DNA of 64,000 nt, from the NCBI GenBank assembly GCA_965199855.1, contig OZ241326.1:2752001-2816000 (forward strand), read 5' to 3'. The notes under the pieces were generated by a model. That model did no database searches, was not told the DNA's origin, and saw only the letters and a program-made list of their open reading frames with translations. A program made the translations under genes and the position numbers. Positions 48,601-58,146 of the stretch are shown here, in pieces (position 1 is the stretch's first letter; each line of letters starts with the position of its first letter). This DNA is from a bacterium. Its GTDB lineage: Bacteria; UBA8248.

Positions 48601-50561
48601 TTCAGCCTGTCCGCGTTTTTCTCGTAGAGGGCGCGGTAGGCCGCTATCTTCCCGTCCGCCGCCTTCGCGTCGCCGGCGAGGTGGGCGGCCAGCGCCTCCT
48701 CCAGCCTGTTCTCCATCTCGTCGAGAATCGGCAGATTCCCCTTGTCCTGAACGTCCCACTTGTGGGCGCGCACCTCGCGCGCCGTGGTTTTCAGCAGGAT
48801 GGCGATCAGCCCCCTCTTCCCTCTGCGCTTCAGGCGCTCGTAGGTGGAGAGAAAGAACCGGAACTCCTCCAGCTCCGCCTCCAGGGTGCGCGTCGTATCC
48901 TCCATGCCCTCCACGCCGTCCCCCACGGCCTCGAGATAGGCGGTGAGGTCGTCAACGTCCCGCTTGCCCAGGCCCAGCCCGAAGGATTCGTTGAACCACT
49001 CGCTCACCGCCCGCAGGGTGGGCAGGCTCCCGTCGTGGAAATAGGGCGCCGTGAACCCGGAGGAGAGCAGGGTGGGCGTGTCCAGCCCGCCCTGGCGGAA
49101 GGGCGTCCCCCTTCCGGTCGAGCCGATGTCGTGGCGCTTGTGATCCAGGAAATTCGCGCCCGGAACGTGGCAGTCCGCGCAGCTCATGCCGCCCATCATC
49201 CGCGGGAATTTCCGGTGGAATATCCGCTCGCCCCGAAGCGCGGCCCGCGAGACTTGTCCGGGGTCGAGCCTCCCGCTTTTTCGCAGCTTCGGGTTGGGCA
49301 GGAACTCGAACTCGTTCATGTAGGCGACGAGGCCGTCCATCAGCATCGGGTCGGGCTCCGGCCCGTCGAACTCGTTGACGATGACGTTGCGCGCGAACTC
49401 CCGCAGCGAGGCGAAGCGCCCGTTCCGCCCGTAGGGCGCGGTGAAGCGGATGCCCCGCAGATCCGGCGTGTCCAGCGGATCGTGCAGGCCGTTGTTGGCG
49501 TGGCCGGCGAAGAAGCTGTTGGACACGTCCAGCCCGCCCCTTCTCCGGGAAAGCCCGGGGATGAACAGCTTCGGGTTCGTCACCCCCTTGTTGTGGCAGG
49601 TGTTGCAGCTGATGCCCAGGCCGCGCGCGGGCTCGCCGAATATCTCCGGGCTGTCGAAGGCCATGTCGCCCAGGGCGATGAGAAAGGTCTCCGCCTCGCT
49701 CGCCCCGCGCTCCGCCATGCCGAGAATCTGCCGGGGGCGCGGCAGCTGCTTGTTGACGTCGGCGCCGGGCGGCAGACGCCAGGGGACTTTCGCCGTCTCG
49801 ACATACGTCGCGCTCGCCCCGGGGCGGGGGAGCAGCCGCTCCCGCCCGTCGGCGCGGAAGGCGGAGAAGTTCGCGTGGAAATACCGGCGGACGAAGGCGA
49901 GGCTCTCCCGGATTTTCCCGATATCCATCGGCTTCGCGCCGGCGCCCAGCACGCCCGCCGCCCCCAGATGAGAGCGCGCCTCCAGCCAGCGGAGCTGCAC
50001 GTTCCGCCACCCCTCGGGGTCCAGATGCGGCAGCGCCTCGCCGAAGGCGTGAGAAATTCTTCGCGCCTCGGCCAGGTCGCTCTCGACTTCCGCTCGCGCG
50101 GAATCCGCCCTGATCCGATCCAGCCGGGAGACGAGAAGCGCGGCGACGCCCCGCGTCGCCAGGGAGAAAACCAGGCGCCTGCCCCTCTCGCGCGCGGCGG
50201 TCGCGTCCCGCTTCCCGCCGCTCCCCTCCCCGGGACGCGCCGCCCGCCGCGCGGCGGCCAGCTCCTCCCGGAACCTTCCGGCGGCCTCCCGGTTCACGGC
50301 CTCGAGCGCGCGCCCGATGCGCCTCACGTCGGGCCACACCTGCTCCCAGACCACCGGATTCAGGTTCAGGATGAAGGCGGCGCGGCGATAGCTCTCGGCG
50401 ACCGGGTGCAGCTCCTCGGGAGGGACGACGTGCGCCCACGCCGCGCCGAAGCCCGTCAGGAGCGAGACGGCGGCCAGAAGACGCGCCGTCATCCCGGAAA
50501 GGGAAAATCGCCTCCCGCTCGGGCGGCATTTCTCCCCGGGAACCTCGGCGTCACGGCTCAT
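48597..50561 (-). CDS. exported di-heme cytochrome c peroxidase/MauG-superfamily protein with extra N- and C-terminal domains (alternative start 50492)
   Basis: Signal peptide AWA|H; two CxxCH (CNTCH, CADCH); DTPDLRG..TAPY and DTPTL..TAPYFHDG. Confidence 0.82.
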   Translation of the reverse strand: MSRDAEVPGEKCRPSGRRFSLSGMTARLLAAVSLLTGFGAAWAHVVPPEELHPVAESYRRAAFILNLNPVVWEQVWPDVRRIGRALEAVNREAAGRFREELAAARRAARPGEGSGGKRDATAARERGRRLVFSLATRGVAALLVSRLDRIRADSARAEVESDLAEARRISHAFGEALPHLDPEGWRNVQLRWLEARSHLGAAGVLGAGAKPMDIGKIRESLAFVRRYFHANFSAFRADGRERLLPRPGASATYVETAKVPWRLPPGADVNKQLPRPRQILGMAERGASEAETFLIALGDMAFDSPEIFGEPARGLGISCNTCHNKGVTNPKLFIPGLSRRRGGLDVSNSFFAGHANNGLHDPLDTPDLRGIRFTAPYGRNGRFASLREFARNVIVNEFDGPEPDPMLMDGLVAYMNEFEFLPNPKLRKSGRLDPGQVSRAALRGERIFHRKFPRMMGGMSCADCHVPGANFLDHKRHDIGSTGRGTPFRQGGLDTPTLLSSGFTAPYFHDGSLPTLRAVSEWFNESFGLGLGKRDVDDLTAYLEAVGDGVEGMEDTTRTLEAELEEFRFFLSTYERLKRRGKRGLIAILLKTTAREVRAHKWDVQDKGNLPILDEMENRLEEALAAHLAGDAKAADGKIAAYRALYEKNADRLK

Positions 50562-50602
50562 GCTTTCATGCCCCCCGCAACGAAAAACGCATCACGGGGG
50601 AA

Positions 50603-50632
50603 ATTCTACGGCGATTCCGAAAACGATGTCAA
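50603..50632 (-). promoter_or_regulatory. sigma70 promoter of the di-heme/phnDCE operon
   Basis: TTGACA-N18-TAGAAT on the minus strand. Confidence 0.65.
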
Positions 50633-50650
50633 CGCATCCGCCAATATATT

Positions 50651-50666
50651 TTTAGATGCGTCTAAA
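50651..50666. promoter_or_regulatory. palindromic operator, DtxR/MntR-like
   Basis: TTTAGA-TGCG-TCTAAA in an AT-rich patch 19 bp upstream of the -35 box. Confidence 0.5.
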
Positions 50667-50767
50667 CTTTCAGGCGCGCCGTTGAATCGCCCGGCGAACG
50701 GCGGCTCTGTCGGCTCCGGCCGAAGCCGCCGAAAATGGAAAAAGGGGGCGCTTCCGGAAAAGCGACG

Positions 50768-50795
50768 AAAAAACCGGCCCCGAAGCGGGGCCGGT
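50768..50795 (-). terminator. intrinsic terminator after glnK
   Basis: ACCGGCCCCG-ctt-CGGGGCCGGT stem running into a T-tract on the minus strand. Confidence 0.75.
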
Positions 50796-50925
50796 CTCTC
50801 GAAAGCCCGACGCCTGTTTTTTCAGCGGCCGATTCGGGGCCGGGCTTTCGCGGCCATGAAGCCGTCCGCCTCCCCGCCCCGGCTCGCCGATGGAATCGGA
50901 GACGCGGCGGGGTCGGCCCGGAGCC

Positions 50926-51267
<342 letters not shown>

Positions 51268-51322
51268 TCATTCCTCTCCAGGATGATGGATGGACGCATC
51301 CGGCGGAAGCGCGCCCCGCTCC

Positions 51323-52714
51323 CTAGGCCAGCCTCTCGCCCGCGTAGGCCTCCATGCCGTGCTCGGTCAGGTCGAGGCCCGCTGATTCCTCCTCGGCGGA
51401 GACGCGCACGCCCATGGCGGCCCGCACGACGCGCCAGAGGACGAAGGAGAGCGCGAAGGTGAACGCGCCGACCGCGGCGACGCCCGCGAGCTGCTTGACG
51501 AAAAGCCCCGCGCCGCCGCCGTAGAACAGCCCCGCGACGCTCTCGTCGACGGAGGGCGCGGCGAACAGGCCGAGCGCCAGCGTGCCGAAGACGCCGCACA
51601 CCAGGTGAACCGAGACCGCGCCGACCGGGTCGTCTATCCTGATCCTGTCCAGGAACGGAACGGAGAGGCACACGATGACGCCCGCGGCCAGGCCGATGAC
51701 GACCGCCCCCAGCGGGGTGACGTTGGCGCAGGGCGCCGTGATGGCGACCAGCCCCGCCAGCGCGCCGTTCACGCTCATGGAAAGGTCCGCCTTGCCGAAC
51801 ATGGCGCGGGAGGTGAGGCTCGACGCCGCGACGCCCGCCGAGGCGGCGAGGTTCGTCGTCACCGCGATGCGCGCGATGGCGTCCGGGTCGGCGGCCATCG
51901 CGCTGCCCGGGTTGAAGCCGAACCATCCGAGCCACAGGATGAAGCCGCCCAGGGTGACGAGCGGCATGTTGTGGCCGGGAATGGGCTGCGTCCGGCCGTC
52001 GGCGCCGTATTTTCCGAGCCGGGGGCCGAGGACGATGATGCCGGCGAGGCCCGCCCAGCCGCCCACGGAGTGAACCACGGTCGAGCCCGCGAAGTCGAGA
52101 AAGCCCATTCCGCCCAGCCAGCCGCCGCCCCAGATCCAGTGTCCCTGAACGGGGTAGATGACGGCGACGAGCAGGAAGCTGAAGATCATGAACGAGGAGA
52201 ACTTGACGCGCTCGGCCACGCAGCCCGAAACGATGGTGGCCGCCGTCGCCGCGAACACGAGCTGGAAGAAGAACTTCGCGTAGAGCGGCACGCCCGTCCA
52301 GCTGAGGGAGGAGAAGACGCCCTTGTAGAGGTCGCCCGTCGCCGGGCTGTTGTCCGCCCCCGACAGAAAAAAGCCGTTCGTTCCGAGGAGCGCGCCGCCG
52401 TCCCCGAACATGAGGGCGAAGCCCAGCATCCAGAACGCCAGGGAGGAGACGGCCACGACGCCGAAGTTCTTGTAGAGAATGGCCACCGCGTTCTTCGCCC
52501 GGCAAAGCCCCGATTCCAGCATGGCGAAGCCCGCGTGCATCCAGAACACCAGAAAGCCCGCCACCATCACCAGCATGGTGTCCGCCGCGACCCTCAGATC
52601 CGCGAGGCCCGCGGCCACGGCCTTCAAGTCCTGCGCCCAGGCGCCGGCGGCGAAGGCCAGCCACCCCGCGCCAAAGGCCAGCGCCGCCGTGATATGGAGA
52701 TTTCCTCGTCTCAT
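51323..52714 (-). CDS. amtB: ammonium transporter
   Basis: GFAMLESG, DFAGSTVVH, LWLGWFGFNPGS, NGALAGLVAITA, IDDPVGAVSVH. Confidence 0.96.
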   Translation of the reverse strand: MRRGNLHITAALAFGAGWLAFAAGAWAQDLKAVAAGLADLRVAADTMLVMVAGFLVFWMHAGFAMLESGLCRAKNAVAILYKNFGVVAVSSLAFWMLGFALMFGDGGALLGTNGFFLSGADNSPATGDLYKGVFSSLSWTGVPLYAKFFFQLVFAATAATIVSGCVAERVKFSSFMIFSFLLVAVIYPVQGHWIWGGGWLGGMGFLDFAGSTVVHSVGGWAGLAGIIVLGPRLGKYGADGRTQPIPGHNMPLVTLGGFILWLGWFGFNPGSAMAADPDAIARIAVTTNLAASAGVAASSLTSRAMFGKADLSMSVNGALAGLVAITAPCANVTPLGAVVIGLAAGVIVCLSVPFLDRIRIDDPVGAVSVHLVCGVFGTLALGLFAAPSVDESVAGLFYGGGAGLFVKQLAGVAAVGAFTFALSFVLWRVVRAAMGVRVSAEEESAGLDLTEHGMEAYAGERLA

Positions 52715-52857
52715 GCCCCTTCCTCCCGATGCGCTTCGGCTCCCGCGAGAGCCCTGATGGAAATGCGTCTCCCCGACATGTACGCGGGCATTATTTCGGC
52801 GCCGTTTCCGCCGCGTTGCCCGCAGGTTAATAACGCCCGCGCGCGCGCCGCTTCGGT

Positions 52858-52886
52858 TTGACAGGCCGCGCCGGGCGTGCTAGCAA
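52858..52886 (+). promoter_or_regulatory. sigma70 promoter of the CMD-cyclase pair
   Basis: TTGACA-N17-TAGCAA with extended -10 TG. Confidence 0.5.
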
Positions 52887-52937
52887 TCTGCGGAACCCAG
52901 GCCGTTTTCGCCGAACCCCTCCCTTCAAGGAGACGCG

Positions 52938-53420
52938 ATGCCTCCGAAGCGAAAGCCCGAAATCCCCGCGCGGGCGCTCAAGCGCGGCGCGCGGCTGTGG
53001 ACCAGGGAATTCACGGAGCGCATCGGCCGCGACATGGCCGAATGGGCGGACGAGGAGTTCATGGAGCTGTTCATGAACTTCTGCTACGGGGGGCTTTACG
53101 ACAGGAGCGTCCTGCCCCAGAAGACCCGGGAGCTCTGCGCCGTGGCCGCGTGCGTCATGGCCAACGCCCACCCGCAGCTGCGCACCCACGTGCAGGCCGC
53201 GTGGAACTGCGGGGCGACGAAGCGCGAGATCATGGAGGTCATCATCCAGATGGCCGTCTACTGCGGAATGCCCTACATGCTGCAGGCGGCGCGGGTCGCC
53301 GCGAACGACGTATTCCCCGCGCTCAGGCGCGGCGAGAAGGCCGCCGCCCCGCCGCCGGGGCTGAAAATCGAGGAGGCGCCGCCCGGGGCGCCCGGGCGCC
53401 GGACGGCGCGGAAGTCCTGA
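52938..53420 (+). CDS. carboxymuconolactone decarboxylase family protein
   Basis: KTRELCAVA, LRTHVQAA..CGAT..EI.EVIIQMAVYCGMP; RBS AAGGAG. Confidence 0.85.
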   Translation: MPPKRKPEIPARALKRGARLWTREFTERIGRDMAEWADEEFMELFMNFCYGGLYDRSVLPQKTRELCAVAACVMANAHPQLRTHVQAAWNCGATKREIMEVIIQMAVYCGMPYMLQAARVAANDVFPALRRGEKAAAPPPGLKIEEAPPGAPGRRTARKS

Positions 53421-53440
53421 GCCGAGAGGAGCGCCCGGAA

Positions 53441-54217
53441 ATGGCGCGCAGAATCGTCGACTTGAGCGTTCCGCTTCAGAACGCGCCGATGGAGAACAAC
53501 CCGGCCGTCATCCAATACGTGAGCCACTTCGAGCTCGCGCGCATGCGGGCGAAATCCTACAAATTCCCGGACACCAGCTATTTTCCGGACCACATGCACT
53601 GCGCGACCGAGAACATCACCGCCATCAGCACGCACAGCGGCACCCACCTCGACTCGCCCTATCACTACGGCCCCGAGTGCGGGGGGACGCCCTCGAAGAC
53701 GATCGACCTCGTTCCCCTCGAGTGGTGCGTGAGCGACGGGGTCGTCCTCGACTTTCACGAAGCCGAGCGCGGACACAACATCACGGCGGAGGAGACCCGG
53801 GCGAAGGTGGCCGCGCTTGCGGAGAAGGGCTACTCGCTCAAGCCGATGGACATCGTTCTCATTCGCACCGACCACACCACGAAATACCTGTATTCCCCCG
53901 ATTTCGAGCAGACCCACCCCGGAATGAGCGCGGAGGCGACGGAATGGCTCGTGGATCAGGGGATCAAGGTGATGGGGATAGACGCCTGGGGCTTCGACAT
54001 TCCCGTCCCGAAGATGGCGCAGCTCAGGCGCGGGGGAAACGCGAAGGACTTTTTCGGCAGCCACTACCTGGGGCGGAAAAAGGAATACGTCCACGCGGAG
54101 AAGCTCGCGAACCTCGACAAAATTCCCGAGTTCGGATTCACCGTCTCCATGCTGCCCGTCAAGATAGAGCGCGCGAGCGGCGCGTGGTGCCGGGCCGTGG
54201 CGATTCTCGACGAGTAG
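53441..54217 (+). CDS. cyclase/kynurenine formamidase-like metal hydrolase
   Basis: HSGTHLDSPYH, DIVLIRT, GID, EKLANL, PVKI..SGAWCRAVA. Confidence 0.88.
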   Translation: MARRIVDLSVPLQNAPMENNPAVIQYVSHFELARMRAKSYKFPDTSYFPDHMHCATENITAISTHSGTHLDSPYHYGPECGGTPSKTIDLVPLEWCVSDGVVLDFHEAERGHNITAEETRAKVAALAEKGYSLKPMDIVLIRTDHTTKYLYSPDFEQTHPGMSAEATEWLVDQGIKVMGIDAWGFDIPVPKMAQLRRGGNAKDFFGSHYLGRKKEYVHAEKLANLDKIPEFGFTVSMLPVKIERASGAWCRAVAILDE

Positions 54218-54322
54218 GCGCGAGCCTCCGGGAGGCATCGGGCCGGGCGCCCGGCTTTTCGGCGAAACGTGCCGCCATGCGCCTCCCATACGCTTGGCGC
54301 GGAGACCTCAAGGAGCGGCGCG

Positions 54323-54520
54323 ATGGCGTTGCATGAGAGCGCAGCGAACCGGCGAGCCGCGGCCGGCGGACGCATCCGCCGCGCGGAGGCCGTCAGGCCC
54401 GCCATACCGGCGATTCTCCCGGGCGCGTTCGTTCTCTACGGCGCGGGATTCGCCCGGCCGCGGCTTCCGCATGACGCCGCCCGCGACGTCCGGCGCGCGT
54501 TCGCCCTCCCCCGCCGCTAG
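54323..54520 (+). pseudogene. cbtB: degenerate CbtB-like cobalt-transporter subunit
   Basis: GAFVLYGAGFA.P..PHDAARDVRRAFALPRR aligns to the recalled CbtB tail HxAAHDxRHAxxFPCH with His/Cys replaced by Arg; RBS AAGGAG. Confidence 0.6.
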
Positions 54521-54551
54521 CGGCGCGGCGCCTTTCGCTTCGGGAAGCCAG

Positions 54552-54902
54552 ATGTCCGGCGCGGAGGCGGAGCATCGACCCTGGGGACGCTTCACCGTTC
54601 TGGCCGATGAGGCGGACCACAAGGTCAAGCGCATCGTCGTTCGGCCGGGCGGGCGGCTCAGCCTCCAGCGGCACGCGCGCCGGGCGGAGCACTGGCTCGC
54701 CATATCCGGACGCGCCGTCGTAACCCTGGAGGCGGAGGAGGTCGCCTTCTCCGCCGGCCAGAGCCTGGACGTCCCCCGGGGCGCGTGGCACCGGATTCGC
54801 AACGACGGAGAAGCCCCCTTCGTCTTCATCGAGGCGCAGACCGGCGACTACTTCGGCGAGGACGACATCGAGCGGCGCGAGGACGACTACGGAAGGGTCT
54901 GA
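54552..54902 (+). CDS. stand-alone type II phosphomannose isomerase C-terminal cupin
   Basis: RPWG, LSLQRH..RAEHW, HRI.N, EAQTGDYFGEDDIER.EDDYGR. Confidence 0.9.
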   Translation: MSGAEAEHRPWGRFTVLADEADHKVKRIVVRPGGRLSLQRHARRAEHWLAISGRAVVTLEAEEVAFSAGQSLDVPRGAWHRIRNDGEAPFVFIEAQTGDYFGEDDIERREDDYGRV

Positions 54903-54998
54903 TTCGGGCGCCCGCAGACGCGGGAGGGCCGCGCGCCGGGCGAGACGCGAAGGCGCCCGGGGCCGCGCGCAAGAGGGCGCCCCCCCGAGGCGCGGCCC

Positions 54999-56192
54999 CT
55001 AGCGAAGCCGCTCCAGCGCGGCGGCCAGCCGCTCCACCCCGCGCTCGCACTCTTCCGTCGAGCACGAATAGGCGATTCGCAGATGCCCCTCGCCGCCGAA
55101 GACGGCGCCGTTCACCGTGGCGATGGCGTGCTCGTTCAGCAGATAGTCCGCCACCTCGCCCGAGGTTTCGCCGAAGGCGCTCACGTTCGGGAACGCATAG
55201 AACGCGCCCGTCGGCTCCGCCAGGGTGACGCCCTCGATGGCGCGCAGCCCCTCGGAGACGACGCGCCGCCGCCTGTCGAATTCGCGCGTCATCGCCTCCA
55301 TGGGCGCCTGATCCTCCAGCGCGCCGCGCGCCGCGCCGTGCTGGATGAAGGTGTTGACGCACACGGTCGTGTATTGGCGAATCTTGAGGAGGTGGCGGGT
55401 GACTTCGGGACTCGCCACCGTCCAGCCCAGGCGCCAGCCGTCCATGCTGTAGAATTTCGAGAACCCGTTGATGATCACCGCGCGCTCGGCCATGCCGGGC
55501 TGCGAGAAGACGCTCGGGGCGCACGGCGCGCCGCCGTAGTAGATGCGCGCGTATATCTCGTCGCTCAGCACCATGAAGCCGCGCTCCGCCGCCAGCGCCG
55601 CGATTCCGGCGAGCTCGCTCTCCGGAATCGAGCAGCCCGTCGGGTTGCCGGGCGAGGTGAGGCAGACGAGCTTCGTCCTGGGCGTGAGCACCCGCTCGAT
55701 GTCCCCGGCGCGCAGCGCGAAGTCGTTCTCCTCCTTCGTCTCCACCTCGACGGCCGCGCCGCCCGCCAGCGCGACGCAGGACTTGTAGTGATGCCAGTTC
55801 GGCCGGGCGACGATCACCTCGTCGCCGGGGTTGACCAGCGCGAGCATGGAGACCAGGATGCCCTCGTTCGCTCCCGCCATGACGATCACCTGCGTATCCG
55901 GGTTCACCTCCACGCCGGTGTCGATTTCCGTCCTGTGGGCGATGCCCCTTCGCAGCGCGGGAACCCCCGCGCTGGGCGCGTAGTGAACGTCGCCCCGGGC
56001 GAGGGACTCGGCGGCGCCCCGCTTGATGTGTTCGGGCGTGTCGAAGTCGGTGCGGCCGATTTGCCAGTGGATGACGGCGCGCCCCTGGGCCTCCAGCCTC
56101 GCCACGGCGTCGAACACCCTGCGAATGCCCGAGAAGGGAATCCGCTTCAGGCGATCCGCGCCCGCGGCGTCCGCGTCAAAAGCGGCGCTCAT
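54999..56192 (-). CDS. class I/II PLP-dependent aminotransferase (aspartate aminotransferase-like)
   Basis: SPGNPTG, SDEIY, NGFSKFYSMDGWRLG, GAFY. Confidence 0.92.
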   Translation of the reverse strand: MSAAFDADAAGADRLKRIPFSGIRRVFDAVARLEAQGRAVIHWQIGRTDFDTPEHIKRGAAESLARGDVHYAPSAGVPALRRGIAHRTEIDTGVEVNPDTQVIVMAGANEGILVSMLALVNPGDEVIVARPNWHHYKSCVALAGGAAVEVETKEENDFALRAGDIERVLTPRTKLVCLTSPGNPTGCSIPESELAGIAALAAERGFMVLSDEIYARIYYGGAPCAPSVFSQPGMAERAVIINGFSKFYSMDGWRLGWTVASPEVTRHLLKIRQYTTVCVNTFIQHGAARGALEDQAPMEAMTREFDRRRRVVSEGLRAIEGVTLAEPTGAFYAFPNVSAFGETSGEVADYLLNEHAIATVNGAVFGGEGHLRIAYSCSTEECERGVERLAAALERLR

Positions 56193-56328
56193 CCGAAAAG
56201 CCTCCTTCCGAAGAAGCGAACGCCGTCGGGAAAACGCGAGGGAAGCCGCCCTTATGGCCCCCGGGAAATCGAGGCGCAAGAGCGTCCTCCGACGGGACGG
56301 CGCGGCGCCCTTGAAATTCCCGGGCGCC

Positions 56329-56697
56329 TCAGCCGCCCGCGCCGAGACTGCGGCGGAGCGCCTCGACGCGCCGGCGGTTCACGCCGAAGTCGTAGTAGCC
56401 GACCCGGGACGCCGAGCGGACGTGGATGACGCCCTCGTCCTCGAAAAGCCAGCATTCGAGGTCGTCGATGAATCCGAGCCGGCTGCGGCAATGCGCGCGG
56501 AGGTAGTCCTCCCTCGCTTCGGCGAGGGTCGTCCGCGGCGCGGCGGCCAGCGAATCCTTCAGCCGGCCGAAGGCGGCGCGGGGGTCGCCGGAGACGGCGA
56601 GCGGCTCGACGCGGCGCCGCGCCGGCGCGTCGCTGCGGCTGCATACGCAGTTGGGCTTCCGCGGGCAGGGGGTGATTTGATCGGGCATGGCGCGCAT
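56329..56697 (-). CDS. DUF1499 domain protein
   Basis: PCP.KPNCV.S, GFIDDLE, HVRSASRVG..DFGVNRRRVE. Confidence 0.88.
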   Translation of the reverse strand: MRAMPDQITPCPRKPNCVCSRSDAPARRRVEPLAVSGDPRAAFGRLKDSLAAAPRTTLAEAREDYLRAHCRSRLGFIDDLECWLFEDEGVIHVRSASRVGYYDFGVNRRRVEALRRSLGAGG

Positions 56698-56851
56698 CCT
56701 CCGGCGAGGCGCTTCATTTTCGCGCCGGGCGCGCCGCGCGTCGCGCCGGCCCGGCCGCTACCGTCAGTCTCAATATAGCATCCGCGCGCGCTTCCGGGAA
56801 AGCGGCGGCGGACGCGGGCGGAGAGACCGACGGGACGGAACGGAAGACCTC

Positions 56852-56880
56852 TTGTCAGAACGCCCGACGTGCTTTATACT
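56852..56880 (+). promoter_or_regulatory. sigma70 promoter of the oxygenase-acyltransferase pair
   Basis: TTGTCA-N17-TATACT. Confidence 0.65.
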
Positions 56881-56907
56881 GGGGGCGCGAAGAGAAAGGG
56901 GGAAGTC

Positions 56908-58137
56908 GTGATTGCGGGCGATGCGCAGACGCGAAGGCGGCCGGAGCCCGGGGCTTCGATGCCCTCCGCCTATCGGGACGGGCACGAGCGGACGCGGAGC
57001 TCCAACGCGGACCTCGCGGACGCCTACGTCCGGCACGCCTCCATCGGCGACCCGCTCGCCGACGCCGCCGTCGAGTCGCTCGCCCCGTTCAAGCCGCTGC
57101 AGGTGCACCGCTTCATCGAGGCGGGCATGGAGGAGGACGCGAAAACCCTGGCGAACGCGCCCCGGCCGCTGCGGGAATTCTTCGAGCGGCTCTCCCCGCC
57201 CCCCGCGTGGTTCGACCCGGCGGCGATCCACGCGGGCTACCGCGCCTATCACGCCAACTCGGACGTTTTTCTGGCCGCGCACGTCGCGGGCGTCCTCGTT
57301 CTGGGGTTCTCCACCCTCATCAGCAAGTCGTTCTTCGCCACCGGACGGCTGACCGACTTCGGCATCAAGCGGCTTCGGCGGAACATCCGCCACCTGATCG
57401 AAATCACCCTGCCGGGAGGGCTGGACCGGCAGGGGGAGGGCTGGAAGCTCTCCGTCCGCATCCGGCTGGTTCACGCGCAGGCCAGACGGCTCATCGCCGC
57501 CTCCCCGAACTGGGACGCCGCCTCCTTCGGCCAGCCCCTCAGCGCGGCGACCATCGCGTTCGCCTCCGCCAATTTCTCCGCGATGTTGCTGCGGATGACG
57601 ATGAAGGCGGGGGTGCGCCTGAGCCGCGAGGATCGCGACAGCTTCATGCGCCTCTGGCGCTACTCCGCCTGGCTGATGGGAGCGCCGGAGGCGCTCCTGT
57701 TCAAGGGGGAGGAAGACGCCCTCGAACTGTGCAGGGTCGCCCTCGCCTGCGAGCCGCCGCCGGACGATGAGGCCATCATCATGGCGCACTGCCTGATCAA
57801 CTCGGCGCCGCTGGTGGCCGGAATCACCGATCCCGTCGAGAGAAAGGCCCTGGCGCGCTACGTGTACCGCGTCTCGCGCGCGCTCATCGGCCGCGAGAAC
57901 GCCGACCGCCTCCGCTTCCCCCCGCAGTGGACGCTCGGACTGCTGACGCACCTGCGGTGGCAGCGGCGGTGCGGCAACGCCCTCGCCCGCCTGATTCCCG
58001 GACGGCGGCACGGACGCATCGCCAACAAGTTCATCTCCCTCATGGAAGCGGCCATCACCGAGGAGGCGCCCGAGGAAGTCGGCATCACCTATCAGCTTCC
58101 CGACGACGTCGACGCCGGCAAGTCCACGCCCTGGTAG
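56908..58137 (+). CDS. MpaB/Lcp-like (DUF2236) heme oxygenase family protein
   Basis: GDPLAD, PPAW.D, TGRL, RLVHAQAR, LWRY..WLMG. Confidence 0.8.
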   Translation: MIAGDAQTRRRPEPGASMPSAYRDGHERTRSSNADLADAYVRHASIGDPLADAAVESLAPFKPLQVHRFIEAGMEEDAKTLANAPRPLREFFERLSPPPAWFDPAAIHAGYRAYHANSDVFLAAHVAGVLVLGFSTLISKSFFATGRLTDFGIKRLRRNIRHLIEITLPGGLDRQGEGWKLSVRIRLVHAQARRLIAASPNWDAASFGQPLSAATIAFASANFSAMLLRMTMKAGVRLSREDRDSFMRLWRYSAWLMGAPEALLFKGEEDALELCRVALACEPPPDDEAIIMAHCLINSAPLVAGITDPVERKALARYVYRVSRALIGRENADRLRFPPQWTLGLLTHLRWQRRCGNALARLIPGRRHGRIANKFISLMEAAITEEAPEEVGITYQLPDDVDAGKSTPW

Positions 58138-58146
58138 CCGCCGGCC

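Noticed and set aside
54218-54322. Intact cobalamin riboswitch before cbtB
   Set aside because: Only about 100 bp available and only a short GGAGACCT match; not enough to call.
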